Origin: Alphaproteobacteria bacterium UBA830 | GTDB lineage: Bacteria; Pseudomonadota; Alphaproteobacteria; MPNO01; UBA830 | Assembly: GCA_002295635.1 (NCBI GenBank) | Contig: DBHK01000025.1 | Span: forward strand, 135,898 to 199,897 | Length of the DNA: 64,000 nucleotides | Direction: 5' to 3' | The notes under the pieces: generated by a model | Database searches by the model: none | Seen by the model: the letters and a program-made list of their open reading frames with translations, nothing else | What the model was told of the DNA's origin: nothing | Shown: positions 10,177 to 18,956 of the stretch, piece by piece | Layout: the number at the start of each line of letters is the position of its first letter | How positions within the stretch are numbered: position 1 is the stretch's first letter | Program-made: the position numbers and the translations under genes

Positions 10177-12053
10177 GCAAGTAATTCCCCCACGCTGGCC
10201 GAGGGGGCCGCGCGTACGAAATGTTCGTTGCCCAGATCAACAAGGCCGAGATCATGGCCGCTGCCGATCGTGAACGGCTCTGGCCATTCAGAGGGAATAG
10301 ATGCCTTTCCTTCCATCAGCGCCGTTAGGTCGAGCCGGGACCCTGGGTCGGGCTTTGGAACCGCCGACAACAGGGCCTTGGTATACGGATGCACCGGCGC
10401 CCGGAATAGCGCGTCGCGAGGCGCTGTTTCCACCAGACGCCCGGCGCACATCACGGCGATCCGGTCGGCGATATAATCAACAACCGCCAGATTGTGGGAA
10501 ATGAAAAGATAGGTAAGCCCCAGATCCTGCTGCAGGTCTTTGAGCAGGTTCAGAATTTGCGCCTGTACCGATACATCTAGAGCCGAGACCGGCTCATCGC
10601 ATAGCAGCAGCTCGGGTTTCAGGGCTAGCGCCCGAGCGATGCCGATTCGCTGTCTCTGGCCGCCCGAAAAGCTATGCGGATAACGGTTAAGATAGCGTGG
10701 ATCAAGGCCAACGAGCGCAATCAACTCCTGCACCATTTCCGCGCGATAGGCCTCGTCGCCGATATTGTGGATAAGCAACGGCTCAGAAATGATGTCAAAT
10801 ACCGTCATTCGAGGATTTAGAGACGAGAATGGGTCTTGGAACATAAACTGGACCCTCCGCCGGTAAGGAAGAAGTTCCTTTTCGCCCAACGCGGTCAGAT
10901 CGATGTCGGTCCCACGGTCGTTAAATATCACCTGACCGGAATCGGGGGTTAGCGCGCGCATAATCATCTTGGAGAGCGTTGTCTTGCCACAACCCGACTC
11001 GCCGACAAGGCCCAGACATTCACCCTGTCGAACAAAAAAGCTGACATCTTCAACTGCCAGCACTTTCTGAACTTCGCCGCCACTAAAGATGCCGCCTTTT
11101 CGAAGCGGATAGGTTTTAGTTAGCCCGGAAACTCGCAGGAGCGGTTTTTCCAGGGCAACCGCCTCTTCCTCACGTGCCGCCAGTAGATGGCCGGTTGTAT
11201 GACGGATCTCGCGCAGTGGGACAAGGCGTTCACCTTCTTCCATGTGAAAACGCGGAACGGCCCGCAAAAGAGCTTTTAGATAATCATGTCCTGGGCTGAG
11301 GAAGATATCATCCAGCGAACCGCGTTCCAGCACCCCACCATGATACATTACCACGATCTCATCGGCGACGTTAGCAACAACACCGAGATCATGGGTGATC
11401 ATCAGCACCGCCATCTGTAATTCCCGTTGCAGATCGTTAATCAACTTCAGGATTTGCGCTTGAATGGTTACGTCCAGCGCGGTGGTCGGCTCGTCCGCGA
11501 TCAGTAGGGATGGGCGACAGACAAGCGCCATGGCAATCATTGCGCGCTGGCGGAGCCCGCCCGACAGCTCAAAGGGATAGGTTTTCAACGCGCGTGCGGG
11601 GTCGGGGAAACCGACGAGACGCAACATCTCGGCTGTTAATTCTATCCCGAGTTGCTTCGATAACTCGCGGTGTAGAAAAAGTGCTTCCGAAATTTGGTCA
11701 CCAACTGTGTGTAGCGGCGACAGCGACGTCATCGGCTCCTGAAAAATTATGGATATCTGGCCGCCGCGGATTTCCCGCATCTTCGGCCCGTTGGCATCCA
11801 GCGCCAGCAGATTGGTGGTTTTCCTGTTTTTGGGATCGGTATATATAATCTCGCCGCCGGTTACCTTTGCTGCCTTCGGCAGAATACCCATAATTGTCTG
11901 GGAGACGACGGATTTGCCGGATCCGGATTCGCCGACTAGTGCAACGGTTTTCCCTTCGGGAACACGGAAACTAGCCCCCCTGACGGCAGGGACAATGCCC
12001 TCGGCCACGTGGAATTCGACCTTGAGGTCGTTGACGTTCAATAAATCCTTCAT
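10173..12053 (-). CDS. Fused double-NBD ABC transporter ATP-binding protein (YejF/DppDF-like)
   Basis: There are two complete NBDs: Walker A GESGSGKS and GESGCGKT, signatures LSGGLRQR and FSGGQRQR, and Walker B LLIADEPT and LLLCDEPV. Confidence 0.9.
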   Translation of the reverse strand: MKDLLNVNDLKVEFHVAEGIVPAVRGASFRVPEGKTVALVGESGSGKSVVSQTIMGILPKAAKVTGGEIIYTDPKNRKTTNLLALDANGPKMREIRGGQISIIFQEPMTSLSPLHTVGDQISEALFLHRELSKQLGIELTAEMLRLVGFPDPARALKTYPFELSGGLRQRAMIAMALVCRPSLLIADEPTTALDVTIQAQILKLINDLQRELQMAVLMITHDLGVVANVADEIVVMYHGGVLERGSLDDIFLSPGHDYLKALLRAVPRFHMEEGERLVPLREIRHTTGHLLAAREEEAVALEKPLLRVSGLTKTYPLRKGGIFSGGEVQKVLAVEDVSFFVRQGECLGLVGESGCGKTTLSKMIMRALTPDSGQVIFNDRGTDIDLTALGEKELLPYRRRVQFMFQDPFSSLNPRMTVFDIISEPLLIHNIGDEAYRAEMVQELIALVGLDPRYLNRYPHSFSGGQRQRIGIARALALKPELLLCDEPVSALDVSVQAQILNLLKDLQQDLGLTYLFISHNLAVVDYIADRIAVMCAGRLVETAPRDALFRAPVHPYTKALLSAVPKPDPGSRLDLTALMEGKASIPSEWPEPFTIGSGHDLGLVDLGNEHFVRAAPSASVGELLA

Positions 12054-12556
12054 TGGGAATCGCTACTAGGTGTAAATAACTCTTTCGTTTCACCCAGAAG
12101 CTCAAGATTCCCCAAGGTGGTCGGCGAAAGATCCAGCCCTCGGTCACTAGCAGCTTTCGACGCGCATTTAACAATATCGGCGAACCCACTGAGAGTCGAT
12201 TCAATCCGAATTTTAACGCCGCCCCCCTTAAGAACAAGTTGCAGCCAACCACGCCTCCCGTCACGACGGGTCGAAAAGTGCCGGAGGCGCATCTCCTCTA
12301 TATCCTGCCAACGCATGGAACGTGAAAAAGGCCCGGAAACCATTATTCCCGTAATACTAAGCTCTATGACACTAACATGTCGAATGATCACGTTCCCGGT
12401 ATAGACGATGAACAAAGACACCAAAAATATCATTGTCCAGTATACAGGGCCTATTGTTTGAAGGAAAAGAACTGGCCCCACCGTAACCGCTAGACCAAAA
12501 GCCGCACGGATATAGTCGGAAGCAATTGTATGTATTGTATGGCGGTATTCGGTCAC
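12050..12556 (-). CDS. Small membrane protein, two TM helices plus a C-terminal PH-like soluble domain (hypothetical)
   Basis: Two hydrophobic helices are present (AAFGLAVTVGPVLFLQTI, YWTMIFLVSLFIVYTG). The basic beta-rich tail resembles bacterial PH-like domains. I chose the GTG at 12556, which overlaps the upstream stop (GTGA). Its own stop overlaps the ATPase ATG (ATGA at 12050-12053). Confidence 0.5.
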   Translation of the reverse strand: MTEYRHTIHTIASDYIRAAFGLAVTVGPVLFLQTIGPVYWTMIFLVSLFIVYTGNVIIRHVSVIELSITGIMVSGPFSRSMRWQDIEEMRLRHFSTRRDGRRGWLQLVLKGGGVKIRIESTLSGFADIVKCASKAASDRGLDLSPTTLGNLELLGETKELFTPSSDSQ

Positions 12557-13320
12557 GCGGGTGCCGGAAAAAGGTCTCGCGCCGACATCCAACGGGCTGC
12601 CGGATGGGATGCCGTCCGATCGATGAATTCGCGGATGAAATCCCAACACCCTTGGTCATGCGTTAGATGGTGAGTGAGCAATCCCGTAGCCTCTCCAGCA
12701 TCCGCCGCCCCTTCGCGCTTCGCGACAAGATGCGCGATCGCCGCGGCTAGATTGGACGTGTTCCCTGCAAAACCCCCGGTACCGTGCCAATCGATAATGT
12801 CTATATGAGTGTTGACAGCCGTCAGCCCCGGCACTGGTTCAACATTTGGGCGGGCTGCGAATGTCGAGATACCGTGGTACCCCAGACCCGGCAGCAGGGA
12901 CATTACCGAGGGGTGGATTCGGTTCCATGGCGGGACTATGGCCTCGACCCAGCCGCCCTCGCCAAAAATATCGAACAGTCGCCCCCGACCTGTGGCCAGT
13001 TCGCCAGCTATGTCCCACAGATCCCGATCGGCACCGAGCTCAGATTTCCGGTCACCAGAAGACCGGAAATTCCGGTGGGCATATCCATGCTGCAGGATAT
13101 CTACGTGCATATCTGACAATATATCTGATAGCGCAGGCACCGCGGTCGCGGGGACGACGGCGATAGCGACCGGCACGCCGGCCTCACGCTGGAGAGCGAG
13201 CAGGTGTTCGAGGGCGGACGTCGGCTCGATCGCATCGTCATCTCGCCACCAGAACACCGCGTTCCGTCCGGCATCAGCCCAGTGATCGAGCTCGGCCGTT
13301 AGGTCGCCCCAAGAACTCAT
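12553..13320 (-). CDS. Polysaccharide deacetylase (NodB/CE4-like) family protein
   Basis: It has a WWRDDD motif near the N-terminus and HGYAH and THHL histidine motifs. The ATG at 13320 overlaps the upstream stop (ATGA at 13317-13320). Confidence 0.65.
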   Translation of the reverse strand: MSSWGDLTAELDHWADAGRNAVFWWRDDDAIEPTSALEHLLALQREAGVPVAIAVVPATAVPALSDILSDMHVDILQHGYAHRNFRSSGDRKSELGADRDLWDIAGELATGRGRLFDIFGEGGWVEAIVPPWNRIHPSVMSLLPGLGYHGISTFAARPNVEPVPGLTAVNTHIDIIDWHGTGGFAGNTSNLAAAIAHLVAKREGAADAGEATGLLTHHLTHDQGCWDFIREFIDRTASHPAARWMSARDLFPAPA

Positions 13321-14477
13321 GTGGCCGTCCGACAGTGCTGCTCGAGCCATGCTGAGAGGAGGTGGGCGCTTGTATCAGCACCGTTGGCTTTAAGCCCCGA
13401 GATATCCGGTGGCGGGGCGGCCAGTGCTTCATTTACGGCGTGGGCAAGGGCTTGCGGGCTCAACTGATCTTCCTTAATACTGCGGATACCGTTGCGGTCT
13501 TCCAGAAGACGCGCGCGCAGCGTCTGTTCCGTTTCCAGACCGCCGGCATAGGGCACGATCACGCCACGGGTCTGCGCCGCTAACATTTCCATAACTGTGT
13601 TGTAACCACCCTGGCTGATTGAGAGCGTGCAATTCGCCATCAGCGTAGTAAAATCCGCCCGGGCCCGTTCGACGGCGATACCCTCTGGCGCGTCTTCTTT
13701 CAGCTGATCAAATATGGCCTGCGGCAGGGCATGGCCGACGAGAATACGCCATAGGCGATCGGAAAGTTCCGTTTCTTTCCTAGCTAACATGGCGGCTCTA
13801 AAGAGTTCCTCAGAGACAGCCCCCCCGCCGGCGGAAACAATCACCTCGTCGGCACCCGGCCCACCTGGTATTTTTTTCGGCGTGTCCACAACATATCCAC
13901 TATAGGCGACGATATCCGAAATCCGGTCAGCGGGGCCAAAAGTATCGCCGAAGGGTATTAGTTTTGGATCACCGTGAATAAGTATGCGATCATAATAGGT
14001 TTCGATCCGCGACAACATCTCTTCCACACGCTGTGGCTTGGGTGGTTTGACCAAGATGTCGCGGACCGAAGATACAATAAGTGGTCGGTTTGGCCGTGTC
14101 TTTGCGGCATCTAACAGCGCGGTCAGTTCGTTGCGCAGTTGGCGCCGCCCAAATGGAAACAGCTCCGTGATGACAGCATCCGGGGAACAAGCTTCATAAG
14201 CCTGCAACAGGAGCCCGCGGCGCCGTTCATAGAAAGCTTCATCGATTTCCAGACCATTTTCGTCGACCAGGGTTTTAAAATGCTTATCTGCCGCGCGCAC
14301 GGGTGGTAGCTGGATCAGCTTTGCACCTGTTACGTCGAGGCCCGGCACATCGTGACCGCCGGACACGATGGTCACGTCCATACCTGCGCGGCTGAATGCC
14401 CGCGAAAGGGTCGCGGTTCGTTTCAGATGTCCTATCCCGAGCAGATGCTGCACCCAGAAAAATATTCTAGGTGCCAT
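13317..14477 (-). CDS. Glycosyltransferase, GT-B fold (GT28 C-terminal / COG4671-like), paralog 1
   Basis: The N-terminus reads RIFFWVQHLLGIGHLKR, a G-x-GH-x-x-R loop. The C-terminal half has SQGGYNT. It is similar to the 17503-18723 product. A GGAGGG Shine-Dalgarno sequence precedes the ATG at 14477. Confidence 0.75.
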   Translation of the reverse strand: MAPRIFFWVQHLLGIGHLKRTATLSRAFSRAGMDVTIVSGGHDVPGLDVTGAKLIQLPPVRAADKHFKTLVDENGLEIDEAFYERRRGLLLQAYEACSPDAVITELFPFGRRQLRNELTALLDAAKTRPNRPLIVSSVRDILVKPPKPQRVEEMLSRIETYYDRILIHGDPKLIPFGDTFGPADRISDIVAYSGYVVDTPKKIPGGPGADEVIVSAGGGAVSEELFRAAMLARKETELSDRLWRILVGHALPQAIFDQLKEDAPEGIAVERARADFTTLMANCTLSISQGGYNTVMEMLAAQTRGVIVPYAGGLETEQTLRARLLEDRNGIRSIKEDQLSPQALAHAVNEALAAPPPDISGLKANGADTSAHLLSAWLEQHCRTAT

Positions 14478-15075
14478 TATTCCCTCCATTCTCTGTCAGG
14501 GGAACGTTCAGCGCTTCGATCGCGAAACCACCATCCGAATCAGCTTCGAATATGTGAACACTGGCCCAATTCATTTTTTCCGGCGGTTTGCCAACCATAC
14601 TCCATCCGGTCGCTAATGACAGCGCCGCCCGTATGATTCCCTGGTGGCAGACAGCGCCGGTCGGTTGTCCTGTAGCCGCTATCTCGCGTGCCCAAGCGGC
14701 CACGCGGTCGCGTACGTCTCGCGGGCTTTCGCCCCCGTGCGGCCGCAGATCAAGCCCCTTTGCGGCTCGGATAGAAATCTCATCGCCGTATATTTCTTCC
14801 AGCTCCGAACGGGTGTGGCCTTCCCATGCGCCCCAGTCCATTTCAATAATCGCGGGGTCAAGCTGAGTGATTTCAAGCGAGAGTATTTCGGCCGTCTGCT
14901 GCGCTCGGCTAAGGGGGCTAGAAACCCACCGAAACACCCGATAGGCGTCGGGAACGCGCCATTTCGCGACTTCCTCGCACCCTTCCGCCGACAGTGGGCG
15001 GTCAGTGCGGCCCTGTAGCCGATGCTCCCCGTTCCAGTCGGTTGGTCCGTGGCGGATCAAAGCAATCTCCGTCAT
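14467..15075 (-). CDS. Histidine phosphatase (phosphoglycerate-mutase-like) family protein
   Basis: The catalytic RHG motif is at the N-terminus (IALIRHGPTDWN). A second histidine region is present (AVCHQGIIRA). The ATG overlaps the upstream stop (ATGA at 15072-15075). Confidence 0.85.
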   Translation of the reverse strand: MTEIALIRHGPTDWNGEHRLQGRTDRPLSAEGCEEVAKWRVPDAYRVFRWVSSPLSRAQQTAEILSLEITQLDPAIIEMDWGAWEGHTRSELEEIYGDEISIRAAKGLDLRPHGGESPRDVRDRVAAWAREIAATGQPTGAVCHQGIIRAALSLATGWSMVGKPPEKMNWASVHIFEADSDGGFAIEALNVPLTENGGNNGT

Positions 15076-16223
15076 ACGGCCCCCAACTCCACAGCGCCAC
15101 GCAAAATACGGTCGAGCGTGACCGCCGCGGATGTTATATCGTTTTCTGAGGCCGTGCGAGCAAGTGCCTTCTTTGAGAATACGGACCGCCTATTCGGCGC
15201 AACGAGCAATTCCGCAGTGGCGGTGGCAAATGCACCAACATCCCCGACAAGACACAAAAGCCCAGTTTCGCCGTGTCTGACAAAATCTGGAACCCCGCCG
15301 GTTTCACCTGCGACCACTGGTAGTCCCGTGGCTTGGGCTTCCAACATTGCCATCCCGTATGCCTCGTTCACAGCAGGCCAGACCATTAAATCCGCCGCTG
15401 CGTATAACGCAGGCAGTTCCTCAGGCATGACCCCACCCGCGAACCGGATGCGATTACTGGCCAAATCTGCAAACGCGGCTTCCACCGGTAAACGAGCGGG
15501 GCCGTCGCCTACGATCAGAAGCGCCCATTCACTATTCTGTAGACGACCTAGTGCCTCGGCCAGCACCCGGTAACTGGCGAGCTTGTCTCCGTCCCGCATC
15601 ATTCCAACCGCCAACAGTATCGGGGTGTTACCGTCCACCTGAAAGCGCCCGACGATATCTGCTCGATGTTTTATCCGGTTTTTTGCGGCAAGCGCGAAAG
15701 GCGTCGTGTCGGTGAACGGCGGAAGAGTGTGATATCTGCCGGGATCTTCTAGCAACGGTTGCACGCAGGCGGCGTCTCGCTGCGACAGGCCGATAATTCC
15801 TAGCCCGTGCTTGATGGCCGATTCCGCCGCTCTGTACCCAATGTCCCAGGGCCCACCCGCCTGTTTAGGCGCGTGGGAAACCTCGGCGAGAAAATAGGGT
15901 ATTTCGAGGGCCTCGCTGACAGCCGGCCCGATCCAGTCCGGCGCTTTGTGGTATACGTGATATGTGAACCAGGCATCAGGCCGCCGCTCGGAATTTCCCC
16001 TCTGCCAGTTCTCGATCAGAACCCTTGCTTCCTCTTGTGCCCCCTGGGCAAGCGCCCTCTGGGTTGCTGGATCCCCGATACCGTCGCGGCTAACGAACTC
16101 GCTGGCAATGTCCACCTTATGCCCGCACCCCAGAGCGGCAATCAGGTTGCGAGCCATTTGGCGATCGCCCGACGGCACCGGCGACGATACAGGTTTCATT
16201 GGGGCGTAGAAAGCGATCCTCAT
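15072..16223 (-). CDS. Glycosyltransferase family 4 (group 1)
   Basis: The C-terminal GT-B region NEAYGMAMLEAQATGLPVVAGETGGVPDFV carries the E-x7-E type motif of GT4 enzymes. Confidence 0.85.
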   Translation of the reverse strand: MRIAFYAPMKPVSSPVPSGDRQMARNLIAALGCGHKVDIASEFVSRDGIGDPATQRALAQGAQEEARVLIENWQRGNSERRPDAWFTYHVYHKAPDWIGPAVSEALEIPYFLAEVSHAPKQAGGPWDIGYRAAESAIKHGLGIIGLSQRDAACVQPLLEDPGRYHTLPPFTDTTPFALAAKNRIKHRADIVGRFQVDGNTPILLAVGMMRDGDKLASYRVLAEALGRLQNSEWALLIVGDGPARLPVEAAFADLASNRIRFAGGVMPEELPALYAAADLMVWPAVNEAYGMAMLEAQATGLPVVAGETGGVPDFVRHGETGLLCLVGDVGAFATATAELLVAPNRRSVFSKKALARTASENDITSAAVTLDRILRGAVELGAV

Positions 16224-16234
16224 CGTACGAAGCT

Positions 16235-17488
16235 TCAGGCCGCATCGCGGTCGGATAAAGTGACCGCTGCACCTAGCTTGGCTGCAAGCCGGTCGATCCC
16301 CGCCCTGAATGAAAATGCGCTTCGTACGCGCGCCTCTCCAGCGCGGCCTAGAAACAGTCTGCGTTCGGAATTTACAGCGAGCGTCGCGATTGCGTTTCTG
16401 AGTGCATCAGGGTTATCCGCCGGGACCAGCACCCCAGTTTCGCCGTCGACGATCAACTCCGGAATGGCTGAAACATCGGTAGCAACACAGACTAAGCCCT
16501 GGCTCTGAGCTTCCATCAGTACATTTGGAAGACCGTCGCGGTCACCATCGTTACCGACCCGGCTTGCCAAAACGAACAAGTCGGCCTTTCGGTATAGATT
16601 GCGCACTTCACCTTGCGGCAATGCGCCGAACCAGACCACTCTGTCCGCGATACCAAGCCGTTCGGCCCGCACTTTTAAGCGGTCACACAATTCGCCGCCG
16701 CCGACATGCCACAGCCGCCAATTGATATGTGAAGGCAATCCCGCCACCGCATCGAGGAGAATGTCGTGACCCTTTTTCTCCACCGCTCGGCCCACACACA
16801 AGAAGTACAATGGGTCGTCAGGATCAGACCCATCGCGCAAGGCCCTTCTGTTCGGCGCGGGCGGAAATCGATCAGCGTCCAGCCCATGATAGACCAACTC
16901 CACTTTTCCTTCCCCGTTGTCCAGCGCCGCCAGATGGTCTCGAGCATAGCCAGAACAGGTAACCAGCCAGCTAGCGGCGGCCAATTTTTCTCGCTTCTCC
17001 CATTCCGGCGTGGTCCAGATATCCTTTGCGTGGGCGGATACAGTCCAGGGCCTTCCAGTCAGCGCAGCTGCGTAGCGTGCGACGGATGCGGGCGTGTGTA
17101 GAAAATGAGCATGGATATGTTCTATATCTGGCGCCAGTTCATGTGCCAGCACGAGGGCCTGCCCGAAGCGACGGATTCGGTTAGTTGTCCTGTCGCGGTA
17201 TAAATCTCGTAGCCATGCACGCCGAACTTTCCGGTAGGCTGACAATTTCCGCATTTTGCGCCAAGCAACCCACACCCGTCGTGGTTCTTGGTAAAGATAT
17301 TCCGGAAGATATCGTACGGGGGCCTCAATTTCTTCGTGTACCGGATGTTTTTGGCTGTCCGTCGGGTGTCGTAGAGATACGATCTCGACATCGAGCCCTC
17401 GTTCTTCAAGGCCCCGAATCTCTTGGGCTATAAAGGTTTCCGACAAACGTGGGTACCCTTTGACTACTATGGCGATGCGGCCAGACAT
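16235..17488 (-). CDS. Glycosyltransferase family 4 (group 1, WcaL-like)
   Basis: The motifs are IAIVVKGYPRLSETFI at the N-terminus and DGLPNVLMEAQSQGLVCVATDVSAIPELI later in the protein. Confidence 0.85.
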   Translation of the reverse strand: MSGRIAIVVKGYPRLSETFIAQEIRGLEERGLDVEIVSLRHPTDSQKHPVHEEIEAPVRYLPEYLYQEPRRVWVAWRKMRKLSAYRKVRRAWLRDLYRDRTTNRIRRFGQALVLAHELAPDIEHIHAHFLHTPASVARYAAALTGRPWTVSAHAKDIWTTPEWEKREKLAAASWLVTCSGYARDHLAALDNGEGKVELVYHGLDADRFPPAPNRRALRDGSDPDDPLYFLCVGRAVEKKGHDILLDAVAGLPSHINWRLWHVGGGELCDRLKVRAERLGIADRVVWFGALPQGEVRNLYRKADLFVLASRVGNDGDRDGLPNVLMEAQSQGLVCVATDVSAIPELIVDGETGVLVPADNPDALRNAIATLAVNSERRLFLGRAGEARVRSAFSFRAGIDRLAAKLGAAVTLSDRDAA

Positions 17489-17502
17489 GGCGATACGGTC
17501 GT

Positions 17503-18723
17503 TCAGACTCGGCCTGCAATGGCAGCGATTGGTTTTGCGCGGCGCCCAGTAAGGCGGCGTGCCAGCCGGTTAACGTTTGGCAGTCCGTCGAGTAGCCCCG
17601 GTACGACGATATCGGATGGACGGTTCTGTTGTGGCAGGTGGCGCAGAGCGGTCGCCATGTCCCTAGCATTGCGGATACCGTCATCCTCCAGCATACGGAC
17701 AAGGCCCAATTCTTGGGCACGATCCGCCCTGATGAACTGCTCCATACGAGGTACCGTTCGCGGGATGACCAGAGCCGGTTTGTCGAAGGAAAGGATCTCG
17801 CAAAATGTGTTATAACCCCCCATTGCCACGATGCCCGCCGCGGCTTGGATCAATGGTTCGATATTGGCCTCGAACGTTATCGCTTCAACATTTTTAAGTT
17901 CTGCGACTCGACGGCTGAACTCGAGTTGTTTTTCTTGTTGCATGAACGGTCCGAACACCATCAATGCCGGATAGGGTGGCGTGGCCTCTGACTCGTAAGC
18001 GCGGAGCACCCAATCGACCATTGCTTCCCCGTCTCCACCGCCTCCCGGCGTCACTAACAGGTGAGGCTGGTCGAAAGGAACCGCATGTTCGGCGTTGGGC
18101 GCGCCGCGCGCGGCGTCACGTTCCAGATATCCGGTGTAAACCATTTTGCGCCGGACCTGTTGAGGTAACGTAATCTCCGCAAGGGGGTCACAGATTTGCG
18201 GCAAACCGTAGACCCAAATCTGATCGTAAAGGTGTTCAAGCGCCGGAATGACATTCTTACGCTCCCATTCAGGCGCTAACAACGATGGCTCATCCATTAC
18301 GTCGCGCAACCCCAGAACCAGAGGTGTACCGCGTTCACACAGCATTTCTAATGTTTCCGCAACCTCCCCCCGCAGGCCCAGAGGCTCCTTGTCGACAATG
18401 AAGATATTTGGATCGAATACTTCAGCTGTGTGCTTGATGATTGATGCGCGTAGCGCAACGGTCTGTTCAATATCGAGATCTAGGCTGTGAGACGTGTAAT
18501 CGCCGTTACGCAGCTTTATTACACCGGGCACCCTTACGAAATCGACCCTTCGCTTGAAATCGAAATTCCCTATGATTGGCGATCCAGAAAGAATAATTAC
18601 GGACATGTTTTGGTTCTGGTCCACGAGAGCATGAGCGATAGCACGACAACGCCGCAGATGCCCGAGTCCGAAGCTATCATGGCTGTAAATGAGTGCTCGC
18701 TGCGGCTGTTTATTTGTCATCAT
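17503..18723 (-). CDS. Glycosyltransferase, GT-B fold (GT28 C-terminal / COG4671-like), paralog 2
   Basis: ALIYSHDSFGLGHLRRC and a C-terminal MGGYNT motif parallel the 13317-14477 product. I chose the ATG at 18723. The track start at 18777 is a TTG with no obvious RBS, so the start remains uncertain. Confidence 0.75.
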   Translation of the reverse strand: MMTNKQPQRALIYSHDSFGLGHLRRCRAIAHALVDQNQNMSVIILSGSPIIGNFDFKRRVDFVRVPGVIKLRNGDYTSHSLDLDIEQTVALRASIIKHTAEVFDPNIFIVDKEPLGLRGEVAETLEMLCERGTPLVLGLRDVMDEPSLLAPEWERKNVIPALEHLYDQIWVYGLPQICDPLAEITLPQQVRRKMVYTGYLERDAARGAPNAEHAVPFDQPHLLVTPGGGGDGEAMVDWVLRAYESEATPPYPALMVFGPFMQQEKQLEFSRRVAELKNVEAITFEANIEPLIQAAAGIVAMGGYNTFCEILSFDKPALVIPRTVPRMEQFIRADRAQELGLVRMLEDDGIRNARDMATALRHLPQQNRPSDIVVPGLLDGLPNVNRLARRLTGRRAKPIAAIAGRV

Positions 18724-18831
18724 GCATGAACCAATGGGTTTTGCGCAGAATATCGCATGCCTTGGACATCTCCCCAAATATTATATGTCTGGAGGGATCT
18801 TTTTCTGATATTAACACATTTTACTATGAAT

Positions 18832-18870
18832 TAGATAAAAGCTGATATTTAGCACGATATAGATAAAAGC
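18832..18870. repeat. Two copies of the 11-bp direct repeat TAGATAAAAGC, 28 bp apart, in the divergent AT-rich intergenic region
   Basis: I read exact copies at 18832-18842 and 18860-18870. They lie between the GT operon start (18723/18777) and the ABC-exporter start (18957). Confidence 0.7.
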
Positions 18871-18956
18871 CGGCATGGCTATTCAATAGGCGGCACGTTG
18901 CGGTAATATGGGGTACTGTCGCAAACATACCGACAGCTTATACGTTCGTCGCATCG

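Noticed and set aside
12809-13285. Plus-strand ORFs of 158, 110 and 106 aa inside the deacetylase gene
   Set aside because: Three mutually overlapping antisense ORFs lie in a GC-rich gene. None has motifs, whereas the minus-strand frame has NodB-like motifs and translational coupling to both neighbours.
15022-16508. Plus-strand ORFs of 183 aa (15022-15573) and 233 aa (15807-16508), antisense to the GT4 genes
   Set aside because: They are shadow ORFs opposite clearly motif-bearing glycosyltransferase genes. Their products are Ser/Arg/Pro/Ala-rich with no recognisable motifs.
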